Made by a program: the position numbers and the translations under genes. Of a stretch of DNA of 64,000 nucleotides, positions 32,124-42,044 are shown in pieces. The DNA is from an uncultured bacterium (GTDB lineage: Bacteria > Auribacterota > Erginobacteria > Erginobacterales > Erginobacteraceae): the NCBI GenBank assembly GCA_963822585.1, contig CAWGIE010000047.1:32001-96000 (forward strand). The letters are read 5' to 3'. Positions within the stretch are counted from its first letter, which is position 1. Each line of letters begins with the position of its first letter. Below the pieces are notes generated by a model. That model was not told the origin of the DNA and made no database searches. It saw only the letters and a list, made by a program, of their open reading frames with translations.

Positions 32124-33434
32124 ATGAGAATCGCCTTCTCAGTCTGTGTGCTTCTCTTTGTTCTCTCCGTTCCCGCCCGGGCCGACGTCTACCGGTGGAC
32201 GGATGATCAGGGAGGCGTCCATATCGGCAATGTGCCCCCGCCCGGCCTGGATAAAGGCAGGGTCGAGCGCCTCGCCGTCGGCGAATCCGCTTCTGCAGAA
32301 AGCGCGCCCGAAAAGGAAAGCGTTGCCGCCCCCGCCGCCGTCATCATCCCAAACCCCCGGCCGGTTTCACCCTTCTTCGAAAAAACGGGCAGTGGGATGA
32401 GGGAGAAGGTCAAAAAGTTCCCCGCGGTTCTCTCCTATCGGCAAGAAGGGGGCGGTGTGGCCCCCTATCTTGCCGACCTGGTTGCCCTGGCCCTGGCGGC
32501 ACTCTTCGCCTATCGCGGGTACCGGCAGGGAACGCTGCTCACCGCGCTGGGCGCTTTGCGGGTGATCTGCGCTTACGCGGGGGCCTATCTCCTGGCCGGC
32601 TTTCTGGGGAAACCGCTGCACCAGATATTCGGGTTGCTCAGGATAGTCTCCACCGTTATCGGCGGAGTGGCGGTTTTCCTGCTGATCGCCCTCGGCTTCC
32701 GGATTGTTGTCGCTAAAATCCGCCGGAAGCGGAAGAAGCGGAAGCTGTCGCCGCCGAACGGCGTTCCGACTCTCCCCGACCGGATCGGGGGCGCCTCCAT
32801 CGGTCTGCTCTGCGGGACGGTCGCGGCTTTCGTGCTCTGCTGGCTCTACAGCCTGGTCCGCGCCGGCTTTGCCGAGACCGGGCAGCCGGATATCGGTTCC
32901 AGCGTGGCCGGCCGTTCCTCCCGTTACTGCATCGAGCAGGCGGTCTATACCGGGATCGAGGCGGTCGGAGGGGGGAGGGAGAGCGCCCGGCAGGTCGCCC
33001 GGCTGATCGGCGATCCCGGCCGGACCGTGGAGGATTTCCAGCGTCTGGTCCACATCCCCGCCTTCACGGCCCTGATGAACAGCCCCACTTTCCGGGACGA
33101 CTTTCTCTCCGGGGATTACCTGCGGATCCGCTATAACTACGCTCTCCAGCAGCTCTTCAACGACCGGTCTGCCGTCCATTACTTGAAAGAACTGGGGGTG
33201 CTGACGGATGACTACCGATCCCCCCGGTTCCAGGATAAGCTGGCGGCAGACCTGGCCGGGGCCGGGAGAAGGATGCGGGAAGCGATGAACGACCCCGGTC
33301 TCTCCCGTGCCGTGGAGGAGCTGAGAAGAGAGGGGCTTTTTGAATCCGCCCGAATCCCCCGGTTGATTCTGGATACCCGTTTTCTAAAGATTGTCGACCG
33401 GGTCATGGCTCCGGTAACTGCCGCCGCTCGCTGA
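32124..33434 (+). CDS. DUF4124-like N-terminus fused to CvpA-like membrane domain
   Basis: ADVYRWTDDQGGVHIGNVPP; GYRQG...TMs...DRIGGASIGLLCG. Confidence 0.65.
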   Translation: MRIAFSVCVLLFVLSVPARADVYRWTDDQGGVHIGNVPPPGLDKGRVERLAVGESASAESAPEKESVAAPAAVIIPNPRPVSPFFEKTGSGMREKVKKFPAVLSYRQEGGGVAPYLADLVALALAALFAYRGYRQGTLLTALGALRVICAYAGAYLLAGFLGKPLHQIFGLLRIVSTVIGGVAVFLLIALGFRIVVAKIRRKRKKRKLSPPNGVPTLPDRIGGASIGLLCGTVAAFVLCWLYSLVRAGFAETGQPDIGSSVAGRSSRYCIEQAVYTGIEAVGGGRESARQVARLIGDPGRTVEDFQRLVHIPAFTALMNSPTFRDDFLSGDYLRIRYNYALQQLFNDRSAVHYLKELGVLTDDYRSPRFQDKLAADLAGAGRRMREAMNDPGLSRAVEELRREGLFESARIPRLILDTRFLKIVDRVMAPVTAAAR

Positions 33435-33732
33435 ACCCCCCGCCCGCCACCGCATACCCTGGTGCTGTTCGACCCCCGGGAATCCCGAGAAATCGGCCGG
33501 GCTTCATACCGATGATTATCGCAAGTTTTCTTCCTATCATCCGGGATATTTTGATAGGATGGCGGCAGGCATGGAAAAGGAAATCCGCTCATCGATCAGG
33601 GCCGCGGCTCCGGGTGAGTTGCCGGGCGACAACGGTTGACCGGCGATCCGCGCGGTTTTTTTCTTTTCCAGGTATCGCGATTCTCGCCCTCCGCGATGCA
33701 AATCGTTTCGAGGCCATGCTCCCGGGAGAGAG

Positions 33733-35199
33733 ATGATGTCCGCTGAAGAACAACGGCTGCTGGAAATGGAGAAAAAAGTTAAGCTTTTGGAGGAGAAACT
33801 TCTCTGGTTCTCCCGTGCCGTCGAGCAGAGTCCCAGCACGGTGATGATCACCGATACGAAGGGAACGATCGTATACGTGAATCCCAAGTTCCGGTCCCTG
33901 ACCGGCTACACCGCCGAAGAGGTGATCGGGAAGAACCCCCGCATACTGAAATCGGGCGAGCAGCCGCAGGCCGTTTATCGGGGGATGTATGAAGCCGTGA
34001 CCTCCGGCCGGGAGTGGCGCGGTGAGTTCCATAACCGGAAAAAGAACGGCGAATACTACTGGGAGGCGGTCTCCATCTCTCCGCTCAAAAACTCCGCCGG
34101 GAAGATTACCCACTTTCTCGCGGTCAAGGAGGACATTACCGCCCGGAAACAGGCCGAAGAGAGCCTGGAAAGGGAGAATCAATTTAAAGAAGCCCTGTTG
34201 GCGACCATTCCGTTCGGGATAGAGATCGTCGACATGACCGGGAAGGTGCTCTTTTTAAATGACCGGCTGCGGAAGGAATTCGGGGAGGGGGCCGTCGGCA
34301 AAAAATGCTGGGAGCTCTATCGGGATAACCGGAAGATGTGCGAGGGCTGCCCCCTGGTGAAAGGCCTGGCACTGGGCGAGACCGAGGCGAACGAGGTCGA
34401 GGGCTGCTTCGGAGGCCGGGCGGTGAAGATCAGCCATACCGGGATGATGTATCAGGGGGAACCGGCCGTACTCGAGGTCTTCGAAGATGTGACCGCCCGC
34501 AAGCGAATCGATAGATTGAAAGATGAATACGTGAGAAATGTCTCCCATGAACTGAATACGCCTTTAACCATTATGCGGCAGGGGATCAGCCAGGTGCTGG
34601 ACGGGATCGTGCATGATCAGGACGAGGTCCTCTCGATCGTCCTTGACGAAGTCGATCGTCTGACCCGGATGATTAACAACATGCTCGACCTTTCCCGGAT
34701 TGAAGCCGGTAAATTGTTCCTGGAAAAGTCGCGTCTGGATTTAAACGACCTGGTAGCCGAAAGAGTGGGGAAGTTTAAAAGAATCGCGGGGGAAAAGAAG
34801 CTGTCTCTGGAAAAGGCATTGGCTCACGGTGCTCTGGATGTGTATGCGGACCCGGATAAGATAGATGAGGTCTTAATCAACCTGATCGGGAACGCGTTGA
34901 AGTATACACCGCCGGGGGGCATGATCCGGGTAATGACGAAACGGCAGGGGAAGACCGTGGAATGCAGTGTCGCCGACACGGGGGTCGGCATCGCCCCCGG
35001 AAACCTGAACTTAATTTTTAACAAGTATCATCAGGTTGCCGCCCCGCTCGATCCCGGCGCCAAGGGGATCGGTTTGGGGTTGGTGATAGCGAAAGAACTG
35101 ATCGAGATGCACGGCGGCCGGATCTGGGCTGAGGGTAAAGAAGGGCGGGGTTCCCGGTTTACTTTCACCCTTCCGGTGGTGGACAAAGATAAGAAATGA
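33733..35199 (+). CDS. PAS-domain sensor histidine kinase
   Basis: Two PAS domains, VSHELNTPLT, NLIGNALKYT, DTGVG, GIGLGL. Confidence 0.92.
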   Translation: MMSAEEQRLLEMEKKVKLLEEKLLWFSRAVEQSPSTVMITDTKGTIVYVNPKFRSLTGYTAEEVIGKNPRILKSGEQPQAVYRGMYEAVTSGREWRGEFHNRKKNGEYYWEAVSISPLKNSAGKITHFLAVKEDITARKQAEESLERENQFKEALLATIPFGIEIVDMTGKVLFLNDRLRKEFGEGAVGKKCWELYRDNRKMCEGCPLVKGLALGETEANEVEGCFGGRAVKISHTGMMYQGEPAVLEVFEDVTARKRIDRLKDEYVRNVSHELNTPLTIMRQGISQVLDGIVHDQDEVLSIVLDEVDRLTRMINNMLDLSRIEAGKLFLEKSRLDLNDLVAERVGKFKRIAGEKKLSLEKALAHGALDVYADPDKIDEVLINLIGNALKYTPPGGMIRVMTKRQGKTVECSVADTGVGIAPGNLNLIFNKYHQVAAPLDPGAKGIGLGLVIAKELIEMHGGRIWAEGKEGRGSRFTFTLPVVDKDKK

Positions 35200-35359
35200 T
35201 GAAACCGGCAACGGATGTCTTTTCGTGTTGCCATTTTTTTTATCCTTGTTATTGTTGAAACTGGGAACCAGTACTCGGCCGGTCTCCTGGCCCGATGCAT
35301 GTCCGCCCGCCGGCGGACGGGAAGAAATCCGGTAAACCGTTTGTTGTCGAGAGAAGACG

Positions 35360-35833
35360 ATGAATACACCAGGCCCGAAAATACCAAGAAAGAAAGCGAT
35401 ACTGGTTGTCGAAGACGAGGAACAGGTGGCGAAACTGCTTCAAAACCGCCTGGCCTCCGCCGGATATGATGTCGGCTGGGTGGCGGAAGGAGACAAGGCG
35501 TTGCAAGTCGCCCGGCACGCGGCGCCCGATCTCATCCTGCTGGACGTTATGCTCCCGGGGATGAATGGATTTACGTTAGCCAAACTATTGAAGTGCGATA
35601 AGCGGTTCCGGCATATCCCCATCGTCATGTTGACGGCCCGCCGGTCCCCGGAAGATTTCCAAACCGGGGAAAATGTACACGCCGACGTTTATCTGACCAA
35701 GCCGTTCAAAGATGAGGTCCTCCTTCGGGTCATCAAGGAACAGCTGGAGAAAGCTCCCGCGAAAATAAGTAAAGCGGAAACACCCTCCGGCCCGCTCTGG
35801 GTTGACGGGATGACAGTGAGCAGTAACGAGTAG
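35360..35833 (+). CDS. Response regulator receiver protein
   Basis: VVEDE, LLDVMLPG, MLTA, KPF. Confidence 0.9.
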   Translation: MNTPGPKIPRKKAILVVEDEEQVAKLLQNRLASAGYDVGWVAEGDKALQVARHAAPDLILLDVMLPGMNGFTLAKLLKCDKRFRHIPIVMLTARRSPEDFQTGENVHADVYLTKPFKDEVLLRVIKEQLEKAPAKISKAETPSGPLWVDGMTVSSNE

Positions 35834-36130
35834 CCCCCGCCGCCCCTTTTTGACCACTAAGACACAAAGACACTAAGATAAATAAAAAAAGATTTTATTT
35901 AACGCGCGCGAAGCGGTCCTCCAATTCCTACAATCCGTCTCGGGTGGAGATCCTGCCAGCGACGTGCCTCAACCCGGAGCGATACCGCGTTTACTACCAG
36001 CCGCTGCAAGCGGCGATACTACCGTTTCTCTAACTTTAGGCACTCTTTCTTCCACCACTCCAATACTCCGATACTCCATCACTCCCTGTTGTAAAACTTT
36101 AGACACTTCGAACTGATTACCGGTCACGGA

Positions 36131-37855
36131 TTACCGATTACTTTTCCCTATATACGGCCCCAGCACCATATCCCTGTATCCTTTCCCCGCCGGGATAACC
36201 GGGAATACCGCCTCATCCCGGTCGGTGACCGCTTCCAGGAAGCAGGGTCCGTCCGCGGCCAGGAACTCGTCCACGGCCTTCTCCAGCTCCCCGCGCTCAC
36301 TGATCTTGCGGTGCCAGGCGAAGCCGCACTCCCCGGCGATGTTGGCGAAGTTGGCGTCGAAGGAACGCTCGGTGGCGGTAAATCGGCGGTCATATGACCC
36401 GGCCTGGATCGTCCGCACCATCCCGTCGGCGAGGTTGTTGAGCAGCAGGACCTTGATCGGAATGCCCAGGGAGCCGATGGTGTGGATCTCGCCCATGTTC
36501 ATCCGGATGCTCCCGTCCCCGTCGATGGCGATCACCCGGGCCGCTGGATCGGCGAAGTGAACGCCGATAGCGGCCGGGAGCGAGAAGCCCATGGTCCCGA
36601 AGGCCCCCGGGGTCATGAAGGACTTCGGCCGGGCCATGCGCAGGTACTGGGCGGCCAGCATCTGGTGCTGGCCGACGCCGGTGGTGACCTTGGTCTTCTC
36701 CGTCATCCGGCGGGAGAGGAGGTCCATCACTTCGGCGGCCTGGATCTTGGCCGCCCGGCGGTTATAGTTGAGCGGGAAAGAATGCTTCAGCTCCGCCGCC
36801 CGCTCCTGCCAGGGGCCGATCTTCAGGGCGACCGGGTTGCGGCGCGCGTAGGTGAGCAGGTCTTCCAGGACCGTGCAGGCGTCGCCGATGAAGGAAAACT
36901 TCGGGTATCGGGTGGCCCGCACCTCCTGCACCTTCTCGGCGTTGATGTCGATGTAGGCGATATCGGCGTTGAGCCCGGATTCGCCCACCTTCTGCGCCAC
37001 CCGGTCATTCCAGCGGACGCCGAAGGCGACGAAGAGGTCCGTCTCCTGAATGGCCATGTTCGCGTAGGGGGTGCCGAACATCCCCAGCATCCCCAGGGAG
37101 GTGTCGAGCGATTCGTCGAGCACTCCCTTGGCCATCAGACTGATGATGGAGGGGATATTGAAGAGCCGGTTGAACTCGCGGATCCTCCGGCTTCCGCCTT
37201 CCGAGTTGAGACCGCCGCCGATGTAAAGGAGGGGCCGCTTCGAGTTCCGTAAAAGATCAAAAAACTGGCGGCACTGGTTCTCGCCCAGGTGCGATTCCTG
37301 GTCGTACTTGCGCCGGCAGCGTTCGATCTCCGTGCCCTGGTACAGTCCTTCCCCTCTCTGGATGTCGAAAGGGAAGTCGATTACTACCGGTCCCGGCTTC
37401 CCCGAACGGGAGTAGAAATAGGCGTCCTTGACCGCCTGCTCGATCTTCGACCCGTCGGTGAGCTGGATCACTTTCTTCGCTGCCTTGGAGAAGACCTCCC
37501 GGACGTTGATGTGCTGGAATTCGTCGGTATTGAGCCGGCTCTGCTGCACCTGCCCGGCGAAGACCAGCAGGGGCACCGAGTCGTTGAAGGAGTCGGCCAC
37601 CGCCGTCAGCGTGTTCGTGATCGCGGGGCCCGAGGTCACCACCGCCACCCCCACCCGGTCGCTGGAGCGGGAGTAGCCGGCGGCGCTGAAAGCGCTCGAC
37701 TGCTCGTTGGCGTTGACGGTGATCGCGATCGGGCTCTGTCCCAGTGCGTGAAAAACCGGCAAAATCGCCGCTCCGGTGTAGCCGAAGACCCGCGTTACCT
37801 CCAGGTCCTGGAGGCTTTTCACCATCACATCGGCGCCGTTCATTTTTTCCTGCAT
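36131..37855 (-). CDS. ilvB: Acetolactate synthase large subunit-like ThDP enzyme
   Basis: TSGPAITN, GKPGPVVID, LGMLGMFG, GVGQHQM, GTMGFSLP, GDGS...NN. Confidence 0.8.
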   Translation of the reverse strand: MQEKMNGADVMVKSLQDLEVTRVFGYTGAAILPVFHALGQSPIAITVNANEQSSAFSAAGYSRSSDRVGVAVVTSGPAITNTLTAVADSFNDSVPLLVFAGQVQQSRLNTDEFQHINVREVFSKAAKKVIQLTDGSKIEQAVKDAYFYSRSGKPGPVVIDFPFDIQRGEGLYQGTEIERCRRKYDQESHLGENQCRQFFDLLRNSKRPLLYIGGGLNSEGGSRRIREFNRLFNIPSIISLMAKGVLDESLDTSLGMLGMFGTPYANMAIQETDLFVAFGVRWNDRVAQKVGESGLNADIAYIDINAEKVQEVRATRYPKFSFIGDACTVLEDLLTYARRNPVALKIGPWQERAAELKHSFPLNYNRRAAKIQAAEVMDLLSRRMTEKTKVTTGVGQHQMLAAQYLRMARPKSFMTPGAFGTMGFSLPAAIGVHFADPAARVIAIDGDGSIRMNMGEIHTIGSLGIPIKVLLLNNLADGMVRTIQAGSYDRRFTATERSFDANFANIAGECGFAWHRKISERGELEKAVDEFLAADGPCFLEAVTDRDEAVFPVIPAGKGYRDMVLGPYIGKSNR

Positions 37856-37939
37856 GCTCTTCCTCCTGTTATTTTTCCCCCTCTCATCTTCTACTCCTCT
37901 TTCCCCTCCCGGAAAAGCTCTTTTTCCTCCCCGCCTCCC

Positions 37940-38320
37940 CCCCCCTTTATTAAACTACGAATTACGCGAAACTTGTCCTGAGCGTAGCCGAAGGATTACA
38001 CGAAATGTCCCCCCGCCTCCCCCCCTTCAATAACCACTAAGACACAAAGACACTAAGGAAAATATACACGTTACTACGGATGCCGTTCGACGGTAAACGT
38101 TCGACGTTCGACGTTCAGCTTTTATCCTTGTCCGTATCCCTGCCTTTATGCAACTTCTCGTAACCTTTCGTAACCTCTCGTAACCTCTCGTAACTTCTCT
38201 TCTCTGTTGAGCGTTCAGTTTTCCCCTGCCACCGATCACCGATCACTGATTACCGATTACTGATCACCGTCGCCCCGTTCGACGTTCGAAGTTGGACGTT
38301 CAACGTTCGACGTTCATCAT
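37940..38320. repeat. Intergenic repeat mosaic
   Basis: Hairpin insert, ACCACTAAGACACAAAGACACTAAG, heptamer and decamer tracts. Confidence 0.75.
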
Positions 38321-38379
38321 TTACGCCTTTCCTAACTCCCCCGTTGCCTTACCCGGGGGTATAACGGTAGTATCGGGAG

Positions 38380-40203
38380 ATGGAAAAAATCCATGATATC
38401 AAAAGCATCCTGAAAAAGTACTGGGGTTTCGACACCTACCTTCCCCTCCAGGAAGAGGCGATCGCCTCCGTCCTCTCCGGCCGCGACTCCATCGTCGTCC
38501 TCCCCACCGGGGGAGGAAAGTCCCTTTGTTTCCAGGCTCCGGCCCTGGCCCTGGAGGGGTTAGCGGTGATCGTCTCCCCGCTGATCTCCCTGATGAAAGA
38601 CCAGGTCGACGCTCTGGGCGAGTGGGGGGTGCCGGCGGCCCGGATCGATAGCACCGTCTCCGGCCGGGAAAAGTCGGAGGCCTTTTCCCGGATCCGCCAG
38701 GGCGCCATCAAGATGCTCTATCTCTCCCCGGAACGGGTGATGACGGAAGGATTCATCGATTTCCTCCGGGATACCGAACTTTCCTTCATCGCCATCGACG
38801 AGGCTCACTGCATCAGCCACTGGGGCCATGACTTCCGCCCCGAGTATCGACAATTGGGAAGACTCCGAGAAATCTTCACCGGGGTCGGGATCCATGCCTA
38901 TACCGCCACCGCCACCGAACCGGTCCGGAAGGATATCGCCCGCCAGCTCAACCTGAAAGATCCGGAAGTCCTGGTCGGGTCCTTCGACCGCCCCAACCTG
39001 ATCTACCGGGGACGCTTCCGGACCGACCGCCTCCGGCAGGTCAAAAAAATCATCGACCGCCATCCGGGGGAGTCGGGGATCGTCTACTGCATCCGGAGAA
39101 AAGACGTCGATGACCTCTGCGCCTCTCTCCGGGCGGAAGGCTGCCGGGCCGCCCCCTATCACGCCGGGATGACCGACGGCGACCGCAAGCGGAGCCAGGA
39201 CGATTTCATCGAGGAGAAGGCGGATATCATCGTGGCCACGATCGCTTTTGGTATGGGGATCGATAAATCCAACGTCCGCTACGTTATCCACGCCGGGATG
39301 CCCAAGTCGCTGGAGCATTACCAGCAGGAGAGCGGCCGCGCCGGCCGCGACGGCCTGGAAGCCGAGTGTATTTTGTTTTATTCGGGCGGCGATTACGCCG
39401 TCTGGAAGGGGTTGATGAGAGATATGCAGCCCGAGGTGCGGCAGGCCGCCGAAGAGAAGCTCAACCGGATCTACGACTACTGCACCGGGATTACCTGCCG
39501 CCATCGGTCCCTGCTGGAGTATTTCGGCCAGACCCTGGGCAAGGACAACTGCGGAGCCTGCGACGTCTGTCTCGATGAACTGCAGCTGCACGACGATCCC
39601 CTGGTTGCCTCCCAGAAGATTCTCTCTTGCGTCGTCCGTCTCCAGGAGAGATTCGGGGCCGATTATACCGCCCAGGTCCTGACCGGTTCCCGGGATCGGC
39701 GGATCCTGGAAAACGGCCATGACGATTTGAGCACCTACGGCCTTCTCTCCGACTATCCCCACCCGGCGGTCCGGGCCTGGATCGAGCAGCTGGCCGCCCA
39801 GGGATATATCGATAAAAGTCCCGACTATTCCGTCCTCAGCGTCACCCCCGCCGGCTGGCGGGTGATGCGGGGCGAAGAGGTCCCCCGCCTTCTCCGTCCC
39901 CCGGAGAAGAAAGCCCGCGCCGCCGTCTCCCGGGCGGTCAGGGACTCCTGGGAAGGGGTGGACCGGGGCCTCTTCGAGGCTTTGAGGGAACTGCGCCGGA
40001 AGATCGCCGACGAGAAGAACGTCCCCGCCTATATCGTTTTCGGCGACGCCGCCCTCCGGGACATGGCCCGGAAGCGCCCCTCGACCCGGATCAACTTCCT
40101 CACGGTCCATGGGGTAGGGGAGAGGAAGTGCGAGCAGTATGGAGACGACTTCCTTGACCTGATCAAGGATTACTGCGTCTCCCACGGCCTCGCCGTCGAT
40201 TGA
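38380..40203 (+). CDS. recQ: ATP-dependent DNA helicase RecQ
   Basis: PTGGGKSLCFQ, DEAHCISHWGHDFRPEY, ATIAFGMGIDK, Zn-binding, RQC and HRDC regions. Confidence 0.97.
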   Translation: MEKIHDIKSILKKYWGFDTYLPLQEEAIASVLSGRDSIVVLPTGGGKSLCFQAPALALEGLAVIVSPLISLMKDQVDALGEWGVPAARIDSTVSGREKSEAFSRIRQGAIKMLYLSPERVMTEGFIDFLRDTELSFIAIDEAHCISHWGHDFRPEYRQLGRLREIFTGVGIHAYTATATEPVRKDIARQLNLKDPEVLVGSFDRPNLIYRGRFRTDRLRQVKKIIDRHPGESGIVYCIRRKDVDDLCASLRAEGCRAAPYHAGMTDGDRKRSQDDFIEEKADIIVATIAFGMGIDKSNVRYVIHAGMPKSLEHYQQESGRAGRDGLEAECILFYSGGDYAVWKGLMRDMQPEVRQAAEEKLNRIYDYCTGITCRHRSLLEYFGQTLGKDNCGACDVCLDELQLHDDPLVASQKILSCVVRLQERFGADYTAQVLTGSRDRRILENGHDDLSTYGLLSDYPHPAVRAWIEQLAAQGYIDKSPDYSVLSVTPAGWRVMRGEEVPRLLRPPEKKARAAVSRAVRDSWEGVDRGLFEALRELRRKIADEKNVPAYIVFGDAALRDMARKRPSTRINFLTVHGVGERKCEQYGDDFLDLIKDYCVSHGLAVD

Positions 40204-40376
40204 ACGTTGAGCGTTGAATGGTGGAAGTTGAACGTTCAGTCTTTCCCGCGGGATCTTCGATTTTTCGGGTCGAAGTTTATTTTTCCCCGGAGCGGACGGC
40301 GGCGAAGGCCGGGTGCGGGGAAGCGTTGAACGTTGAGCGTTGAATGTTGGAAGTTGAACGTTCAGTTTTTCCCGCC

Positions 40377-41689
40377 TGTACGGACGGATTGATTGGTAAC
40401 ACTTTAAACCGGGCTGATAGGTAACACTTTTAGAGTTTTCCTCGTTTGTAAACGGTGGGTCTTAATCCGCCATTATCGCAATCATAAAGCTTACCCAGCA
40501 AGATAGGTCCGAAATATACATCATGTCCAGTATCTTCTGATTCCTTGACGCCTACTAGATGCCCAACCAAGGATTCTCCTACGAACCTTTTACGACTTTT
40601 CCACCTGATCTCCCCATTACTTCGGACTCTTCGAATATGATATGTTTCAGGGTACTGAGGTTCTTCTATGGAGCTTGTGTATTCCCGGGAGGAGTATCTA
40701 TAGAGACGCGCCGGAACTTCCATATTCAAGGCTTCATGAGGCCTCTCTGTATTAAATTCCTCTCTCCAACGGTTGAATCTACGTTGTTGGGTCCGTCGAT
40801 TAGCGCCCGGTGGCTTAGTCGTTTCCGCTTTGAGCGTTCTATGCATCCGCTCATGTATTCCGTTTTGCTCAGGATGGCCTGGATCTATCAACTCCGGCAC
40901 AATACCGAGTAATACCCACCATATGCTCAGCCGCGACAGCCCTGCTGCTCCACGCGAAGCAAAAGGGGAACCATTATCACTCCGTATTACTTCAGGCAGT
41001 CCATAGTGCCCGAATAGCCACTTAAATACTGGCTTTACATCATCGTGCTTCTGCGAAAGGAGGGCATCGCATGATAATACATAGCGGCTGTACAGATCGC
41101 TTACCGTCAGCGGTTCACAACGGCACCCATCACCTGTCCGGAACCATCCTTTGAAGTCTACCGCCCATACCTGATTCGGTCGGTTAGCTTCAGTGAGGAC
41201 TCCCTTGGGCATAAATGTCCGTCTTCGTTTCTTCCGTTTTTTCTTTATCAGTCCGGCCTGATCGAGGATTCTTCCAATTGTACTCGCCGCTGGAAGATAC
41301 CCTCCACCGGTTTTCCTCTTAAGCCGCTCCCGGATCTTCTTTGGTCCCCAGGTTGGATGTTTCAAACGCTCCGCGACTAACAGTCGCTGAACGGTCAGAA
41401 TTGTTTCGTGCGGGCAGCTATGGGGTCGATGACTCCTCTCCCTTAGTCCCTCTAGCCCATATGCCTTATAACGGCTTAACCATTTATACCCCGTCTTGCG
41501 GCTAACACCGAAATAACGGCATAATGTGGCTATTGAATATTCATTATCATTGTACTTCAGAACAAATCGAATTCTCTCTTCCATAGGTAACACCTTTCTC
41601 CAGCCCATAGAAATCACCTCCATGAGCTGTATTGTAGGTGTTACCTATCAACCCGGTCTATTCTGTTACCCATCAACCCGTGTTATACC
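40377..41689 (-). mobile_element. IS481-family insertion sequence
   Basis: TGT end at 40377; duplicated subterminal motifs TGAT(A/T)GGTAACA / TGTTACC(T/C)ATCA; CCCGCC at 40371-40376 and 41688-41693; lower GC than host. Confidence 0.85.
40430..41608 (-). CDS. IS481-family DDE transposase
   Basis: VSRKTGYKW HTH; WAVDFKG, RSDNGSPF, PEQNGIHERMHRTLK. Confidence 0.93.
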   Translation of the reverse strand: MGWRKVLPMEERIRFVLKYNDNEYSIATLCRYFGVSRKTGYKWLSRYKAYGLEGLRERSHRPHSCPHETILTVQRLLVAERLKHPTWGPKKIRERLKRKTGGGYLPAASTIGRILDQAGLIKKKRKKRRRTFMPKGVLTEANRPNQVWAVDFKGWFRTGDGCRCEPLTVSDLYSRYVLSCDALLSQKHDDVKPVFKWLFGHYGLPEVIRSDNGSPFASRGAAGLSRLSIWWVLLGIVPELIDPGHPEQNGIHERMHRTLKAETTKPPGANRRTQQRRFNRWREEFNTERPHEALNMEVPARLYRYSSREYTSSIEEPQYPETYHIRRVRSNGEIRWKSRKRFVGESLVGHLVGVKESEDTGHDVYFGPILLGKLYDCDNGGLRPTVYKRGKL

Positions 41690-41698
41690 CGCCCATTT

Positions 41699-41753
41699 CC
41701 CTCTCCCCCCCGGGGGAGAGGGCGATCGAGCGAAGCTCGATCGGGTGAGGGGG
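41699..41753. repeat. CCCTCTCCC...GGGAGAGGG...GGGTGAGGGG hairpin repeat (empty form)
   Basis: Expanded copies at about 49395, 55123, 57102 and 60540. Confidence 0.75.
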
Positions 41754-42044
41754 CGCCGTTCGCCGTTCATTGTTTCCCCCGCACTTTCCCTGTATCTTAT
41801 CCCATCCCATTTGCTATAATGCGATGGTTCGATCGTAACTGTCGCCGGCCTTTCCCGGATAAGCCGGAGGAAAGGTCGGGAGAAAACGAGCTGACTTTCC
41901 TTAACTTTTTTATCTTCCTTGGCCCTGGGCGCAGTTGAAGGGAGAAAATGGCAGGGTGAGGGGAAATCGTTGAACGTTCGGTTTTATTCCACCACTTCGG
42001 ATAGGTGACTTTTAACCCCCGTCTTCTCTTCCTCCCGACCTCTC

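Noticed and set aside
38560..40185. Long antisense ORFs (also 18996-20291, 51358-52572, 5539-6849 and others)
   Set aside because: Shadow ORFs opposite well-supported genes, expected at high GC.
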